Of a stretch of DNA of 63,993 bases, positions 8,317 to 17,110 are shown piece after piece. The notes under the pieces were generated by a model that made no database searches, had not been told where the DNA came from, and saw nothing but the letters and a program-made list of their open reading frames with translations. Positions within the stretch are counted from its first letter, which is position 1. Each line of letters starts with the position of its first letter. Both the position numbers and the translations under genes were made by a program. Origin of the DNA: an uncultured virus (IMG/VR IMGVR_UViG_3300046499_000512) (lineage: Duplodnaviria; Heunggongvirae; Uroviricota; Caudoviricetes); IMG/VR virus record IMGVR_UViG_3300046499_000512. One strand, 5' to 3'.

Positions 8317-8658
8317 ATGGGAGAGCGGGAAGACGGGCAGCGGTACCAGGTGCACCGGGCTGCGGTGAAGCGGTTGATCGCGGCGCATCCGGAGGAGTGG
8401 GAGCAGCTTCGGTCGGAGGAGTGGGAGCGGTTGCGGCCGGGCCAGCCTCCGCGCCAGAACAGTGGGTTCAGGGCCGATCTGCCGATGGAGCGGATCATCA
8501 AGGAGTACGTGGCCGGGGCGAGTCTGCGGGAGCTGGCGAAGAGGTACGGCACGGGCAAGACGACGCTTCAGGAGCGGATCCCGAAGCACTTGCTGCGCCC
8601 TGCGGGACGGACCAAGCAGGACGTACCGCGCGGTCCCCGGCAGTTCACGGAGACGTGA
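8317..8658 (+). CDS. HTH DNA-binding protein
   Basis: IIKEYVAGASLRELAKRYGTGKTTLQERI; RBS GGAGG; divergent from the RHH gene; terminator 8675-8710. Confidence 0.75.
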   Translation: MGEREDGQRYQVHRAAVKRLIAAHPEEWEQLRSEEWERLRPGQPPRQNSGFRADLPMERIIKEYVAGASLRELAKRYGTGKTTLQERIPKHLLRPAGRTKQDVPRGPRQFTET

Positions 8659-8805
8659 GGCAGCGGATATGACGGAGCCCCCGATGCGTGCGAGGTGCAT
8701 CGGGGGCTTTCGTCTCGGGCGGGGTGTGTTCCCGTTCCAACCCGCGCCGGAGCCTACCGTCTTGGCGGGTACCGGGTGGGATTTTCTTAGCGGGGCGGGT
8801 AGATT

Positions 8806-9081
8806 GTGTCTGCGAACCTGTCGCTTAACCTGTCTGCCCTGGAGGGTTTGATGCCCCGTCTGGACCCGAAAGCCGCCGCTCGCTTCCGGCACCTCCGCCC
8901 GCAGCGCAGGAAGATGTTCGCCCGTCCCCTGACCGGTCCGGCGTCCCTGGAAGCCATGATGGAGTTCGTCGCAGCCGCTTACGCAGCGGGTGTTCCCGGG
9001 AACGCGGCGATGGTTGCAGAGGGCCCGCAGATGGTTGCCCGCTGGACTGTCCCGATGGAGGACTATCCGCGCAACCGTTGA
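8806..9081 (+). CDS. Hypothetical protein, up to 91 aa
   Basis: ORF ending at the bidirectional terminator 9109-9148. Confidence 0.55.
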   Translation: MSANLSLNLSALEGLMPRLDPKAAARFRHLRPQRRKMFARPLTGPASLEAMMEFVAAAYAAGVPGNAAMVAEGPQMVARWTVPMEDYPRNR

Positions 9082-9108
9082 CCCTCACCCGACAGGTCCC
9101 AAGCACGG

Positions 9109-9148
9109 CGAAGCCCCCGATACTCCAGCACTGTATCGGGGGCTTCGC
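9109..9148. terminator. Bidirectional hairpin terminator
   Basis: GCGAAGCCCCCGATAC...GTATCGGGGGCTTCGC between convergent genes. Confidence 0.75.
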
Positions 9149-9164
9149 TCTGTTCTGCGGTGGG

Positions 9165-9623
9165 TCAGTAGGCCTCGGTGACGTCGGTGACCTCACCGGT
9201 GATCTTCACGGCGCCGGAGGTGGTGGAGATCATCGACGGAGTCAGGGTCAGGGACGTGCGGTCGGTGAGCGTGGCGGTCTCCACGATCGTCCCGCTCTCG
9301 TCTCCGCTGATCTCGTAGGTGATCTCGTACGTCTTGTCCGGGTCGATCGCGTCGCTGTCCAGCCCGATGTACGTGATGTCCGGGGAGACGGTGAGGTTGC
9401 ATCCGGCGGACCCGAAGCACTGCTTGTGCTTGATCTTGAAGGTGACGATCAGGTCGTCGGAGGTGAGGTCGGTGTACTCGGGCCCGGTCGTCTCCTCCAC
9501 GGGCTCCGGAGCGGCGCTGGTGGTCTTGTGGGAGGGCTTGGAGTCGGCCTGGGCCGCTGCCTTGCATCCGGTGAGCGCGAGGGCGGTGAGGACGGTTGCA
9601 GCGGCGAGGTGACGGATCTTCAC
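9165..9623 (-). CDS. Lipoprotein
   Basis: GTG start; lipobox LALTGC; KQCFGSAGCN motif of a type seen in actinophage lipoproteins. Confidence 0.8.
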   Translation of the reverse strand: MKIRHLAAATVLTALALTGCKAAAQADSKPSHKTTSAAPEPVEETTGPEYTDLTSDDLIVTFKIKHKQCFGSAGCNLTVSPDITYIGLDSDAIDPDKTYEITYEISGDESGTIVETATLTDRTSLTLTPSMISTTSGAVKITGEVTDVTEAY

Positions 9624-9661
9624 GAGGTGAGCCTTCCAGGGGTGTTGGGCGGTCGGGCGGG

Positions 9662-9883
9662 TTACTTGTTGATGGAGATGCCGGTGGGGAACACGGGCTC
9701 CTTGTACACGCAGGTGGCAGGGCAGACGATGCCGTTCTTGCCTCCGCTGCCGTCCTCCAGCCAGTGGGCGAAGTAGTGGGCCCTGCGGATGGTTTCGATC
9801 ATGTTCTCGCCGGGGACGGCGCTGCGGGAGGCCATCTCCAGGGCGGTGCTGCGGATCTTGCGCTCGTTTTCCATCATGGACAA
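9662..9883 (-). CDS. Hypothetical protein, about 73 aa
   Basis: RBS AGGAG. Confidence 0.65.
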   Translation of the reverse strand: MSMMENERKIRSTALEMASRSAVPGENMIETIRRAHYFAHWLEDGSGGKNGIVCPATCVYKEPVFPTGISINK

Positions 9884-9892
9884 CGGGGGCTC

Positions 9893-10063
9893 CTAGGGGA
9901 TGAGGCGGGTGAGGTGTGCGGCGTAGGCCTCGCACTTGTCTTCGTGGTACAGGTCGCCAACGTAGCTGTGATCCCAGCCGTGCACCGGGCAGTACTCCGG
10001 ATCGTCATCTGCGAAGGGGGTACCGCCCGCTGCGAGGGCTGCTACGAGGTCTGCCGGGGTCAC
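9893..10063 (-). CDS. Hypothetical protein, 56 aa
   Basis: GTG start overlapping upstream stop; CPVHG motif. Confidence 0.6.
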   Translation of the reverse strand: MTPADLVAALAAGGTPFADDDPEYCPVHGWDHSYVGDLYHEDKCEAYAAHLTRLIP

Positions 10064-10182
10064 TGTGGCGGGTCTTGCGGCCGGTCGGTCATCATGTCCC
10101 ACAGCTTGGCGACGCCTTTTGCGGCGAGGACGGTGATGATGTAGGCGGCGAGTACGAATAAGAACGTGGGAAGGAGTTCCAT
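10060..10182 (-). CDS. Small membrane peptide, 40 aa (one TTA codon)
   Basis: MELLPTFLFVLAAYIITVLAAKG...; RBS GGAGG; promoter motif 10205-10219. Confidence 0.65.
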   Translation of the reverse strand: MELLPTFLFVLAAYIITVLAAKGVAKLWDMMTDRPQDPPQ

Positions 10183-10241
10183 CTCTACCTCCGTGCTGGC
10201 GATGTATCTACCCTAACACACTTGGACCGAGGAGACCACCC

Positions 10242-10544
10242 ATGACAGAGATGTTGGGCCCTTCCCGCGACTGCATCCGCTGCGGGGAAACCTTCCTGCT
10301 GGGAAGGCTAGGCCGGAAAGCGCTGTATTGCGGAAGGTCGTGCCGACAACGAGCTTTCGAGGACCGTAGGGCCCTGGGACTGCTTGCACCGATGCTTACC
10401 GCCTCACCGGGTTACGCCCCCAAGAAGCGGCGCAGCCCAGCGGCGAGCGGAGATAAGTCACGGCCCCAGACCGGGGAAAAGGCAGTGACGAAAGCGGATG
10501 ATCATGGGAACGACTCAGCCCCCGACCCGAAGGCCGAGGGCTGA
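10242..10544 (+). CDS. Zn-finger protein (CxxC...YCxxxCRQRA)
   Basis: RBS GAGGAG; CGNR/treble-clef-like Cys pattern. Confidence 0.7.
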   Translation: MTEMLGPSRDCIRCGETFLLGRLGRKALYCGRSCRQRAFEDRRALGLLAPMLTASPGYAPKKRRSPAASGDKSRPQTGEKAVTKADDHGNDSAPDPKAEG

Positions 10545-10550
10545 GTCCGA

Positions 10551-10883
10551 TCACTTACCGAGCCAGACCAGGGTGATCCCGAATACCTCGGCCCAGGGCT
10601 TGCCCTGCTCCGGCAGTCCGGTCCCTGCGAGCGACTGGAGGGGGATGGTCATTTCCTCGTGGTCGGTGATCTCGTGCCGTCCGATGCTGGTGTGGGCCAG
10701 GTAGCGGATGTTGAGGTGGGTATGCCGCCAGACGGTCTTCAGCAAGTCCCCCGCTTCCTCCCAGGTGATCGCCAGGAGTAGCTGCCGCTGGACCTCTTCC
10801 GGTACCCGCGCCCGGTCCAGGGCCTCCCGCAACTCCCAGAGCCGACGTAGCAGCTCCCGGGCCGGGATGAGTTCGTCGCTCAC
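10551..10883 (-). CDS. Hypothetical protein
   Basis: GTG start overlapping upstream stop. Confidence 0.65.
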   Translation of the reverse strand: MSDELIPARELLRRLWELREALDRARVPEEVQRQLLLAITWEEAGDLLKTVWRHTHLNIRYLAHTSIGRHEITDHEEMTIPLQSLAGTGLPEQGKPWAEVFGITLVWLGK

Positions 10884-11224
10884 TGCGCTTCCCTCCGCTT
10901 CAGCTCTTCCAGCACCCACGCGGGGGCCTGGCGGGGCTCCGGTGTCCCCAGCAGCATCTGTTCCAGTTCGTCGTCGGATGCCTGCTCCAGCCGGGAGATC
11001 TGCTTGCTGGTGAGGTACCGCAGGTACAGGGCGCGGATGTCCTCGAACGGGATCTCCACCTCGATGCGCATTTCCCCCCCGGCCAGGACGTGCGGGGTGC
11101 TGGCCGACGTGTAGTTGTCCGGGTGGCTGGCCTGGGGGCGTACGGGGATGCTGGCCTTGACTGCTCCGGAGAAGTCTCCGTTGTGGCCGTACTCCTGGCC
11201 TGAGGGTCCACGGGTGCTGTGCAT
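10880..11224 (-). CDS. Hypothetical protein (HNGDFSG motif)
   Basis: RBS AAAGGA; coupled ORF. Confidence 0.7.
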   Translation of the reverse strand: MHSTRGPSGQEYGHNGDFSGAVKASIPVRPQASHPDNYTSASTPHVLAGGEMRIEVEIPFEDIRALYLRYLTSKQISRLEQASDDELEQMLLGTPEPRQAPAWVLEELKRREAQ

Positions 11225-11226
11225 GA

Positions 11227-11538
11227 TCAGTCCTTTTCGAGGTGGAGGAGGTCGGCGGCCATCCGCAGTCCGGTCCACTCGCCTTCCAGCAGGTGGGGTT
11301 TGACGTTGGGGTTGTCGGCGTGCCTGCGGATGCGGGCGGCTTCGTTCTTGCGGACGTCGTGTCCGTGGAAATTCATGGTGGCCATCAGGTCGTCCCAGCG
11401 GGTATCCGTGTCGGCCCATCCGGCTGTGATGCGGCGGAGCCGGTCGACCTGCTCCGGGTAGTAGTAGGTGAGTTCGGCGAGGCGGGGAGACGGCTGCGGG
11501 GCACTACGAGCGGGCTGCTCGCGGGGCAGGCGGGGCAT
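11227..11538 (-). CDS. Hypothetical protein
   Basis: RBS GAGGAGG. Confidence 0.7.
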   Translation of the reverse strand: MPRLPREQPARSAPQPSPRLAELTYYYPEQVDRLRRITAGWADTDTRWDDLMATMNFHGHDVRKNEAARIRRHADNPNVKPHLLEGEWTGLRMAADLLHLEKD

Positions 11539-11540
11539 GG

Positions 11541-11699
11541 CTAGTCCTCCTCGTCCAGGGAGCGCATGGCGACGCTGTAGCCGTCCCAACTGTCGACCCC
11601 TGCGGCTTCCAGGGCGCGGAGTTCCCGCTGGGCTTGCAGGAGTTCCTGGTACTCCTGGTGGGTGAGGGTCCAGGTGGCGTTGAAGTTGCTGGCAGCCAT
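11541..11699 (-). CDS. Small phage protein (LEAAGVDSWDGY motif)
   Basis: Resembles the common phage motif LEAxGVDNWxGY; RBS AAAGGA. Confidence 0.75.
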   Translation of the reverse strand: MAASNFNATWTLTHQEYQELLQAQRELRALEAAGVDSWDGYSVAMRSLDEED

Positions 11700-11701
11700 G
11701 A

Positions 11702-12106
11702 TCAAGTCCTTTCGGGGTGTGCGGCGATCGGGTTGCGCCTGCCGCCCGCCGTCTCGTCGGGGTGGCAGGCGTTGCAGTAGTCGGGGCGGCAGGGGCACTT
11801 GGGGCAGCGGAAGCACTGGCAGTGGTCCGCCATGGGCAGCGGGGTGATCGCCTTGGCGGTGTACTTCCACATCGGGTTCCCGCATTCCGCCATGTCCGTG
11901 TCTTCCAGCTCCAACAGGTGGTCCGCGATGACAGCGGTGACGGCGTCGAAGTGGGTGCGCAGACCGTTGGCGATCTGCTCCTTGGACCATCCGGCGACGA
12001 AGAGCGCGTAGGCGAGGGCTCCGGTGGATGCCTTGTACATCTGGATGGCTTCGGGGTCGTTCTCCTGGTCGATGGGGCCGGTTACCCGGTCGTAGTCGAA
12101 CGGCAT
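11702..12106 (-). CDS. Hypothetical protein with Cys-rich C-terminus
   Basis: HCQCFRCPKCPCRPDYCNACH. Confidence 0.7.
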   Translation of the reverse strand: MPFDYDRVTGPIDQENDPEAIQMYKASTGALAYALFVAGWSKEQIANGLRTHFDAVTAVIADHLLELEDTDMAECGNPMWKYTAKAITPLPMADHCQCFRCPKCPCRPDYCNACHPDETAGGRRNPIAAHPERT

Positions 12107-12108
12107 GG

Positions 12109-12309
12109 TCAGTTTCCTTCCTGGGGCTCGATGCCCAGCCGGTGCAGCACTGAAAGCGTGATAGCCCGTGCACTGCGTTCGTACGGGCGGCCCCAGCTCT
12201 TGCGTCCCTCGTTCGGTTCGAAGTTGTCCCGTAGGACCGCCTCCACGTACTCCAGAATTTCCGGCATGGAGCCGGGACCGTCCTGGTCTGTGAACAGTCG
12301 GGTCATCAC
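12109..12309 (-). CDS. Hypothetical protein, 66 aa
   Basis: RBS AAGGAG; coupled ORF. Confidence 0.65.
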   Translation of the reverse strand: MMTRLFTDQDGPGSMPEILEYVEAVLRDNFEPNEGRKSWGRPYERSARAITLSVLHRLGIEPQEGN

Positions 12310-12674
12310 TTCTCCTTGTGCGGGCAGTCCCAGTCGATGTCGCAGGTGCAGCCGACTTCACGGCCGACGCAGCCGGTGCAGCCTGTGCAGGTGCACGGCT
12401 CTTTGGGACCGTGGGGGATGCAGATGGAGCAGTCTCCGCCGGTACCAGGGAGGGGCGGCAGGATGTACTCCGCCTGCATCTCGGGGTCTTTGAGATAGGC
12501 GGCGGCCCGGTTCAGGGTGCCCACCATCCCGAGAGACGGGTGTGCCCAGTGCAGCTTGTCGCCGTCGACCTGCTGAACGTGGGTGATCAGTTCGGCCAGG
12601 GCCTCATGGGCCACCTGGCCGTCAATTCCGGCCTGAACCATGAGGTTCCAGACATGCGTGCGGGGGTGAGCCAT
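12306..12674 (-). CDS. Hypothetical protein with metallothionein-like tail
   Basis: CSIC...CTCTGCTGC...CTC...CPH. Confidence 0.7.
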   Translation of the reverse strand: MAHPRTHVWNLMVQAGIDGQVAHEALAELITHVQQVDGDKLHWAHPSLGMVGTLNRAAAYLKDPEMQAEYILPPLPGTGGDCSICIPHGPKEPCTCTGCTGCVGREVGCTCDIDWDCPHKEK

Positions 12675-12925
12675 CACTTCTCCTTGGGGCGGCAGGCGGG
12701 GTCTCCTGCGGTCCAGCGGAGGCAGTGGAAGTACTCGGCGGGGTCGTTGGGGCAGCCTCCGCAGTCGGTCTCGGGTGCCTCTTTGAAATCGTTCTGCCGT
12801 CTCTCGCAGCGCTTGCACTTGCGGACGTAGTGGGTGACGTAGGGGCCTGTGATGCAGGGCGGGGCGTGGGCTCTCCAGTCGGTCCAGTCGTGCAGACGCA
12901 GGAGGCAGAGGTACCGGGTGGCCAC
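12674..12925 (-). CDS. Cys-rich hypothetical protein, 83 aa
   Basis: CLLRLHDW...CKRC...CGGC. Confidence 0.65.
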   Translation of the reverse strand: MATRYLCLLRLHDWTDWRAHAPPCITGPYVTHYVRKCKRCERRQNDFKEAPETDCGGCPNDPAEYFHCLRWTAGDPACRPKEK

Positions 12926-12928
12926 GGG

Positions 12929-13189
12929 TTACTCCCTGGGCAGGTAGGTGATGATGCCGGGGCCGTTGCGGTAACCGTTGGTGATGGCTGTCTGGAGGGC
13001 GGTCCCGTCGATCAGGAACAGCTTGTCGTCCGGGCACAGGCTGCTGGGCCGCACGGTCCACAGGTGGGCGACGTGGTGCTTTTCGAGGAGCGTGAGGATC
13101 GCCTCGGTCTTGTCCGGGGGGCAGATGAGTATGCGGTGCAGGCTGCCGTAGTGCTGGACCAGGGCGGCTACACGGTCTTCGAGCGTCAA
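12929..13189 (-). CDS. Hypothetical protein, 86 aa
   Basis: RBS AGGAG; promoter motif 13213-13227. Confidence 0.7.
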   Translation of the reverse strand: MTLEDRVAALVQHYGSLHRILICPPDKTEAILTLLEKHHVAHLWTVRPSSLCPDDKLFLIDGTALQTAITNGYRNGPGIITYLPRE

Positions 13190-13294
13190 GGGGCTCTCCC
13201 TAAGTTCTGATTTGTCTACCCTAGCATATTTGGGGCCAAGAAGATACCGGCCACCCCCGGTGACCGGTCTTCTGCGGGTACTCCGCTGATCCTG

Positions 13295-13699
13295 TCAGCC
13301 CACAGCCTTCGGCGCAGCGGGAATGTCCCGGGGCCACGGCGGAACCGGCCGGACACCCCTTCCGTTCCACGCACTCACCCACTGCCCGGCCAGCAACCGG
13401 GTCACCAGATCAGAGCCGTCCAGCAGTGTTACGGAGGCGTCGTAGCGGCCCCCGTACTTGTCCTCGGGCAGATCCCTGCCCGGCTTGTGCGAGCGGAGGA
13501 CGACCCGGCTGCCGACCGGTAGCAGGGCGGCGAGGTTGTCCCGGGCCTCCGCTCCCCCGGCGTCCTTCAGCTCACGGGCGTTGCAGCCGTACAGCCGCAG
13601 GGCCACGCCGTGCTTCCAGATGCCGAGGCCGAGGTCGATATCGGCTGTGATCGTGTCGCCGTCGTGGACGTCGCGGACGATCGCGTTGTACTCGTACAC
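13295..13699 (-). CDS. Thermonuclease (SNase-like)
   Basis: YEYNA...VHDGDT...IDLG...RLYGCNAREL...DKYGGRY. Confidence 0.85.
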   Translation of the reverse strand: MYEYNAIVRDVHDGDTITADIDLGLGIWKHGVALRLYGCNARELKDAGGAEARDNLAALLPVGSRVVLRSHKPGRDLPEDKYGGRYDASVTLLDGSDLVTRLLAGQWVSAWNGRGVRPVPPWPRDIPAAPKAVG

Positions 13700-13701
13700 G
13701 G

Positions 13702-14529
13702 CTAGGCCACGTTGTTGGACTGGGCCCACGTGCGGAGCGAGCGGTACGCGGCCAGGACGTCCTGATCGACAGCGGGAGCGGGTACCGGCTCGGGCTGCGG
13801 GGCAGCGGGGGCGAGCATGTGCGGGACGGTGACGTCTCCCTGCTGGGACAGCAGCCACTGCAAGTCGGCTTTCAGGAGGTAGCCGCGTCCCTGCTGGCCC
13901 CAGCTCTCGCCCCAGGAGTTGGTGAGCCAGTACCGGCCGTTCTCGACGTCGATCTCATCGATGACGTACTCGTGTCCGCCTGCGACTCCGCTGGTGCGGG
14001 AGACGGGGATACGGCCGCTGGAGGACGGATTGAACATGGACTTCATCCACTGCGTACCCAGCATCACGGGGCCGGACTGGAGGGCCGCGTCCAGGGCGGA
14101 GAGGGAGAAGGCGTGCTTGTACGTGTCGGCGAGGCCGAGGGCCTGGAGGGTCTTGGCGGCGGAGAGGCCGTCGGAGCCGGTGTCGTCGCCGGGGTAGGTC
14201 CCGGGGAAGCCGTCCAGGATGGTGTTGAGGGTGTAGCAGAGGACGGCGAGGTCTTCGTCCACGGCGTGCGTACCGGCGCTGAAGACGCCCTTGGTGGCGT
14301 CGGCCTGTGCGGTGGTCACGAAGATGCTGGTGGTGCCTTCACGGCCTGCGGAGGCGGTGCCTATGAGGCCTGCGGCGGCGTTGCCGGTGCAGCTCCCGAC
14401 GGATCCCTGGTCGAAGACGGGGACGGCGCGGGCCCAGCGGACGGACTTGACCGCGCTCTTGGGCAGGGGGCCGACGGAGTAGGCGAGGGAGCGGGGGTCG
14501 TGCCGGACGTGGCGGCCTAAGGAGTACAT
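13702..14529 (-). CDS. Papain-like (C1) cysteine peptidase; TTA at codon 4
   Basis: DQGSVGSCTG (Cys), GGHE (His), NSWGESWG (Asn). Confidence 0.85.
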   Translation of the reverse strand: MYSLGRHVRHDPRSLAYSVGPLPKSAVKSVRWARAVPVFDQGSVGSCTGNAAAGLIGTASAGREGTTSIFVTTAQADATKGVFSAGTHAVDEDLAVLCYTLNTILDGFPGTYPGDDTGSDGLSAAKTLQALGLADTYKHAFSLSALDAALQSGPVMLGTQWMKSMFNPSSSGRIPVSRTSGVAGGHEYVIDEIDVENGRYWLTNSWGESWGQQGRGYLLKADLQWLLSQQGDVTVPHMLAPAAPQPEPVPAPAVDQDVLAAYRSLRTWAQSNNVA

Positions 14530-14775
14530 GTGCGTGCAGCCTCTCTTGCAGCGGGTCTAAACAGTTAAGTATCGGGTCCGCTGCGGACAGGCAGGGTAAA
14601 GCGGGCATCACGCTTGGGTGAGAGACGGCTGTGTGACGGCTCGGCAAAGCCGGTCAATGGTTGTACGAGAATTGTGTGGCGATCGTCTCAAGCGAAACGC
14701 AACGGGTGCAACGTGTGAGGGGGGTTACCGATAGGTGTTACTAGCAAGTACCACGATGTATCTACCCCAACAAGA

Positions 14776-14810
14776 GAGGCACCGGAGAGTCCCCACTCTC
14801 CGGTGCCTCG
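14776..14810 (-). terminator. Hairpin terminator
   Basis: GAGGCACCGGAGAGT...ACTCTCCGGTGCCTC. Confidence 0.75.
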
Positions 14811-14840
14811 AACCCGTCTGCCTCAGGTCTTGTCCTACGA

Positions 14841-15008
14841 CTACCGCACGATCCGGCGGAACTGACTGTCCCGCTCCAGAGATTCCACTACCCAGTCCGG
14901 GAGAACCCGGACATTGTCCCCTTCGCACTCCTGGTCATTCCGGACAGGAAGGTTGAAAGGGTTGTCCGCACCAAATGTCGCGGTCATGAGAGCAGTAAAA
15001 ACGGGCAT
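14841..15008 (-). CDS. Small hypothetical protein, 55 aa
   Basis: RBS CAGGAG, followed by terminator. Confidence 0.5.
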   Translation of the reverse strand: MPVFTALMTATFGADNPFNLPVRNDQECEGDNVRVLPDWVVESLERDSQFRRIVR

Positions 15009-15115
15009 AGACGACTCCTGGCGCAAAAACGGCAACCCGCCGTTCACCGTCCCCCCTGATGGAGACTTTGTGAAGGCCACATTACTCCGGATAGCCGCTC
15101 AACCCCTAGTAGTGA

Positions 15116-15493
15116 TCATCGCGCTTTCGGGCTCCGCTTGCGCTTGTCCTGTGCCGAGAAGGCCACGCGCCACCGGTTCTCCGCGATCCGCTGGATCGGA
15201 TCCAGGGAAATCCCGACATTTAGGTGAACGGCCGAGGCCCGGAGCCTGGCCCATACGTCCTCGGCCAGGTCCCTTGTGGGCGCGTCCACGCGCAGGGCTG
15301 GCCGCTCCCGGCGGGCCGTGGGCTTCCCCGCGTCCGTCCACTTCTTGTACGCCTCTGTTACGAGGCCGTCGAAGTAAGCCTGCACGGCGTCCCTGGGCCG
15401 GGCTCGGTCCACAGGTCGTAGGGTCGTTTCGCCGGTGGCGAGGCTCGAAAGGTCGTCAGGGGAAAGCTGGCTGGCGTCACTGCGGTTCTGCAT
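15116..15493 (-). CDS. Hypothetical protein, 125 aa
   Basis: RBS CAGGAG before ATG at 15493. Confidence 0.65.
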   Translation of the reverse strand: MQNRSDASQLSPDDLSSLATGETTLRPVDRARPRDAVQAYFDGLVTEAYKKWTDAGKPTARRERPALRVDAPTRDLAEDVWARLRASAVHLNVGISLDPIQRIAENRWRVAFSAQDKRKRSPKAR

Positions 15494-15835
15494 TGCTGGC
15501 TGCTCCTGGGTGGGTGGCTGGGTCGTGCGGTCGAGCACGCATGGCAAAACGACCAGTACGAGTGGCTTCCGCCGATGTACCGGTATCTGTCCGGTCTACT
15601 ACCTTCTGTCCGTTTTCGCCATGTTGGTGCCACTCCGAGGGCTTGCACAGATCGGGTGGCGCATGTCTCTACACTATTGCGGTTACGACTCTATCACTCG
15701 AACCTGATTGTTGTGCTTCAACAAACATTGCTTACGACCGGTGCTTTCTACCGGTCGGTACGTGGTGAAGATACTTTAGCTGCACGCTAACTCGCAAGTT
15801 AGGCCTGCTTAGTTGAGCCAGCAGCAATGCCTGCT

Positions 15836-16018
15836 TTAGATGATGTCTCCGAGGCCTACGTTAACGACGTTGTAGGGCGTGAACACCCGCTTCAGCGTGC
15901 CGTCTCCGCAGGTGGGACAGGCCTTGCCCACCAAGGCATCCCGGTCTTTCATGGCTGATGTGTGGTCCGTCGTCGCGACGCACTCCGGAATAGAACACTT
16001 GTACGAGTACTGTGGCAT
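15836..16018 (-). CDS. FmdB-family zinc-ribbon protein
   Basis: MPQYSYKC...C...CPTCG...LKRVF. Confidence 0.8.
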   Translation of the reverse strand: MPQYSYKCSIPECVATTDHTSAMKDRDALVGKACPTCGDGTLKRVFTPYNVVNVGLGDII

Positions 16019-16028
16019 TGCGCACTCC

Positions 16029-16355
16029 CTAATTGTTGAAGTTGAACCGAATATGACCGGGAGGAATTCTCCGGTCTGAAATCAAGCAGAGCGGGAAGAA
16101 GCACCCATTCCGCTTTTTTCGCTCACTCTCCGGAGCCCTTAGGCGCACAGATGAGCAATTCCCTAACCGGTGCAAAGTGCGGCAACCTGCGCGAAGGTCC
16201 AGGATGTCCGTCACCCGGTCTGCGGTGTCGAGGTAGCCCGACCAGACCTCAGATGACTCTCCGTATTCCCGCGACTGCTCTGCACAATGCAGTGCCCAGA
16301 GCCTCAAGTGCTCCAGTCGCTCTGTCGATAAACCTGTATGTAACCAAGCGGACAC
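16029..16355 (-). CDS. Hypothetical protein (3 TTA codons)
   Basis: Starts right after upstream stop; RBS GGAGG; lower GC. Confidence 0.5.
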   Translation of the reverse strand: MSAWLHTGLSTERLEHLRLWALHCAEQSREYGESSEVWSGYLDTADRVTDILDLRAGCRTLHRLGNCSSVRLRAPESERKKRNGCFFPLCLISDRRIPPGHIRFNFNN

Positions 16356-16613
16356 TCAGACCCTCCGTCCGATCTCGGCGAACACACGGCCGACGGCGTC
16401 CCGGGTGCGTTGGCTGATTACTGCTGCCCGGCGCCACTCGTTGTCGTCCTCGCGGGGCAGGAGGCTGCGGGATATGGCCGCGATCATCGGGTCCAGGCAG
16501 GCGCACTCCGCTCCGTGCGTCGGGTGCTCCTCGTAGTGCTCCTGGACGGCTCTGGACAGCCCTATCAAGGTGAGGTGGGTCTCCGGTGCGGCGGGTGTCT
16601 TGTAGGGGGACAC
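16356..16613 (-). CDS. Hypothetical protein, 85 aa
   Basis: RBS AGGAG. Confidence 0.65.
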   Translation of the reverse strand: MSPYKTPAAPETHLTLIGLSRAVQEHYEEHPTHGAECACLDPMIAAISRSLLPREDDNEWRRAAVISQRTRDAVGRVFAEIGRRV

Positions 16614-16621
16614 GGGGGCTC

Positions 16622-17008
16622 CTAGCAGGCGATCAGGTGGGTGGTGGGGCGGTACGACGCGGTCCGTTCGACCTCGTACCCGCTGGCCGTGGAGTAGACG
16701 ACGGTCCTCACGCCCGACCGCTCTATTGCCGTCCAGCAGCGGGCACAGGGGCGGGAGAGGGCGAGGCCCGACGGGGAGAGGCGGACCACGTACAGGGTCG
16801 CTCCGACGGCGTGTGTGCGCCGTAAGACGGCCTGCTCGGCGTGCACGGAGGAGCCGAGGTAGTTGATCGCCGGGGGGTTGCGGTGCTTGTTGGGTGAGCC
16901 CGCGAGGACGGCGCCGCCTCGTACGATCAGGGAGCCGTGTTTGAACGGGCAGTCGGAGAGCGCTGCATTACGCGCTGCAAGTTCAAGAAACCGCAGGTGG
17001 CGACTCAT
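16622..17008 (-). CDS. dCMP/cytidine deaminase-family protein
   Basis: HAE and PCxxC zinc-deaminase motifs; one TTA codon. Confidence 0.85.
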   Translation of the reverse strand: MSRHLRFLELAARNAALSDCPFKHGSLIVRGGAVLAGSPNKHRNPPAINYLGSSVHAEQAVLRRTHAVGATLYVVRLSPSGLALSRPCARCWTAIERSGVRTVVYSTASGYEVERTASYRPTTHLIAC

Positions 17009-17110
17009 TTGACCCCCTCGACTGCCCTATCGCTCTACCCTACCATTCGGAAAATTGCACGAAAAAGCCCCACCTGCGGTGACGGCAGGCGGGGCTTTGT
17101 CGGGGGCGGG

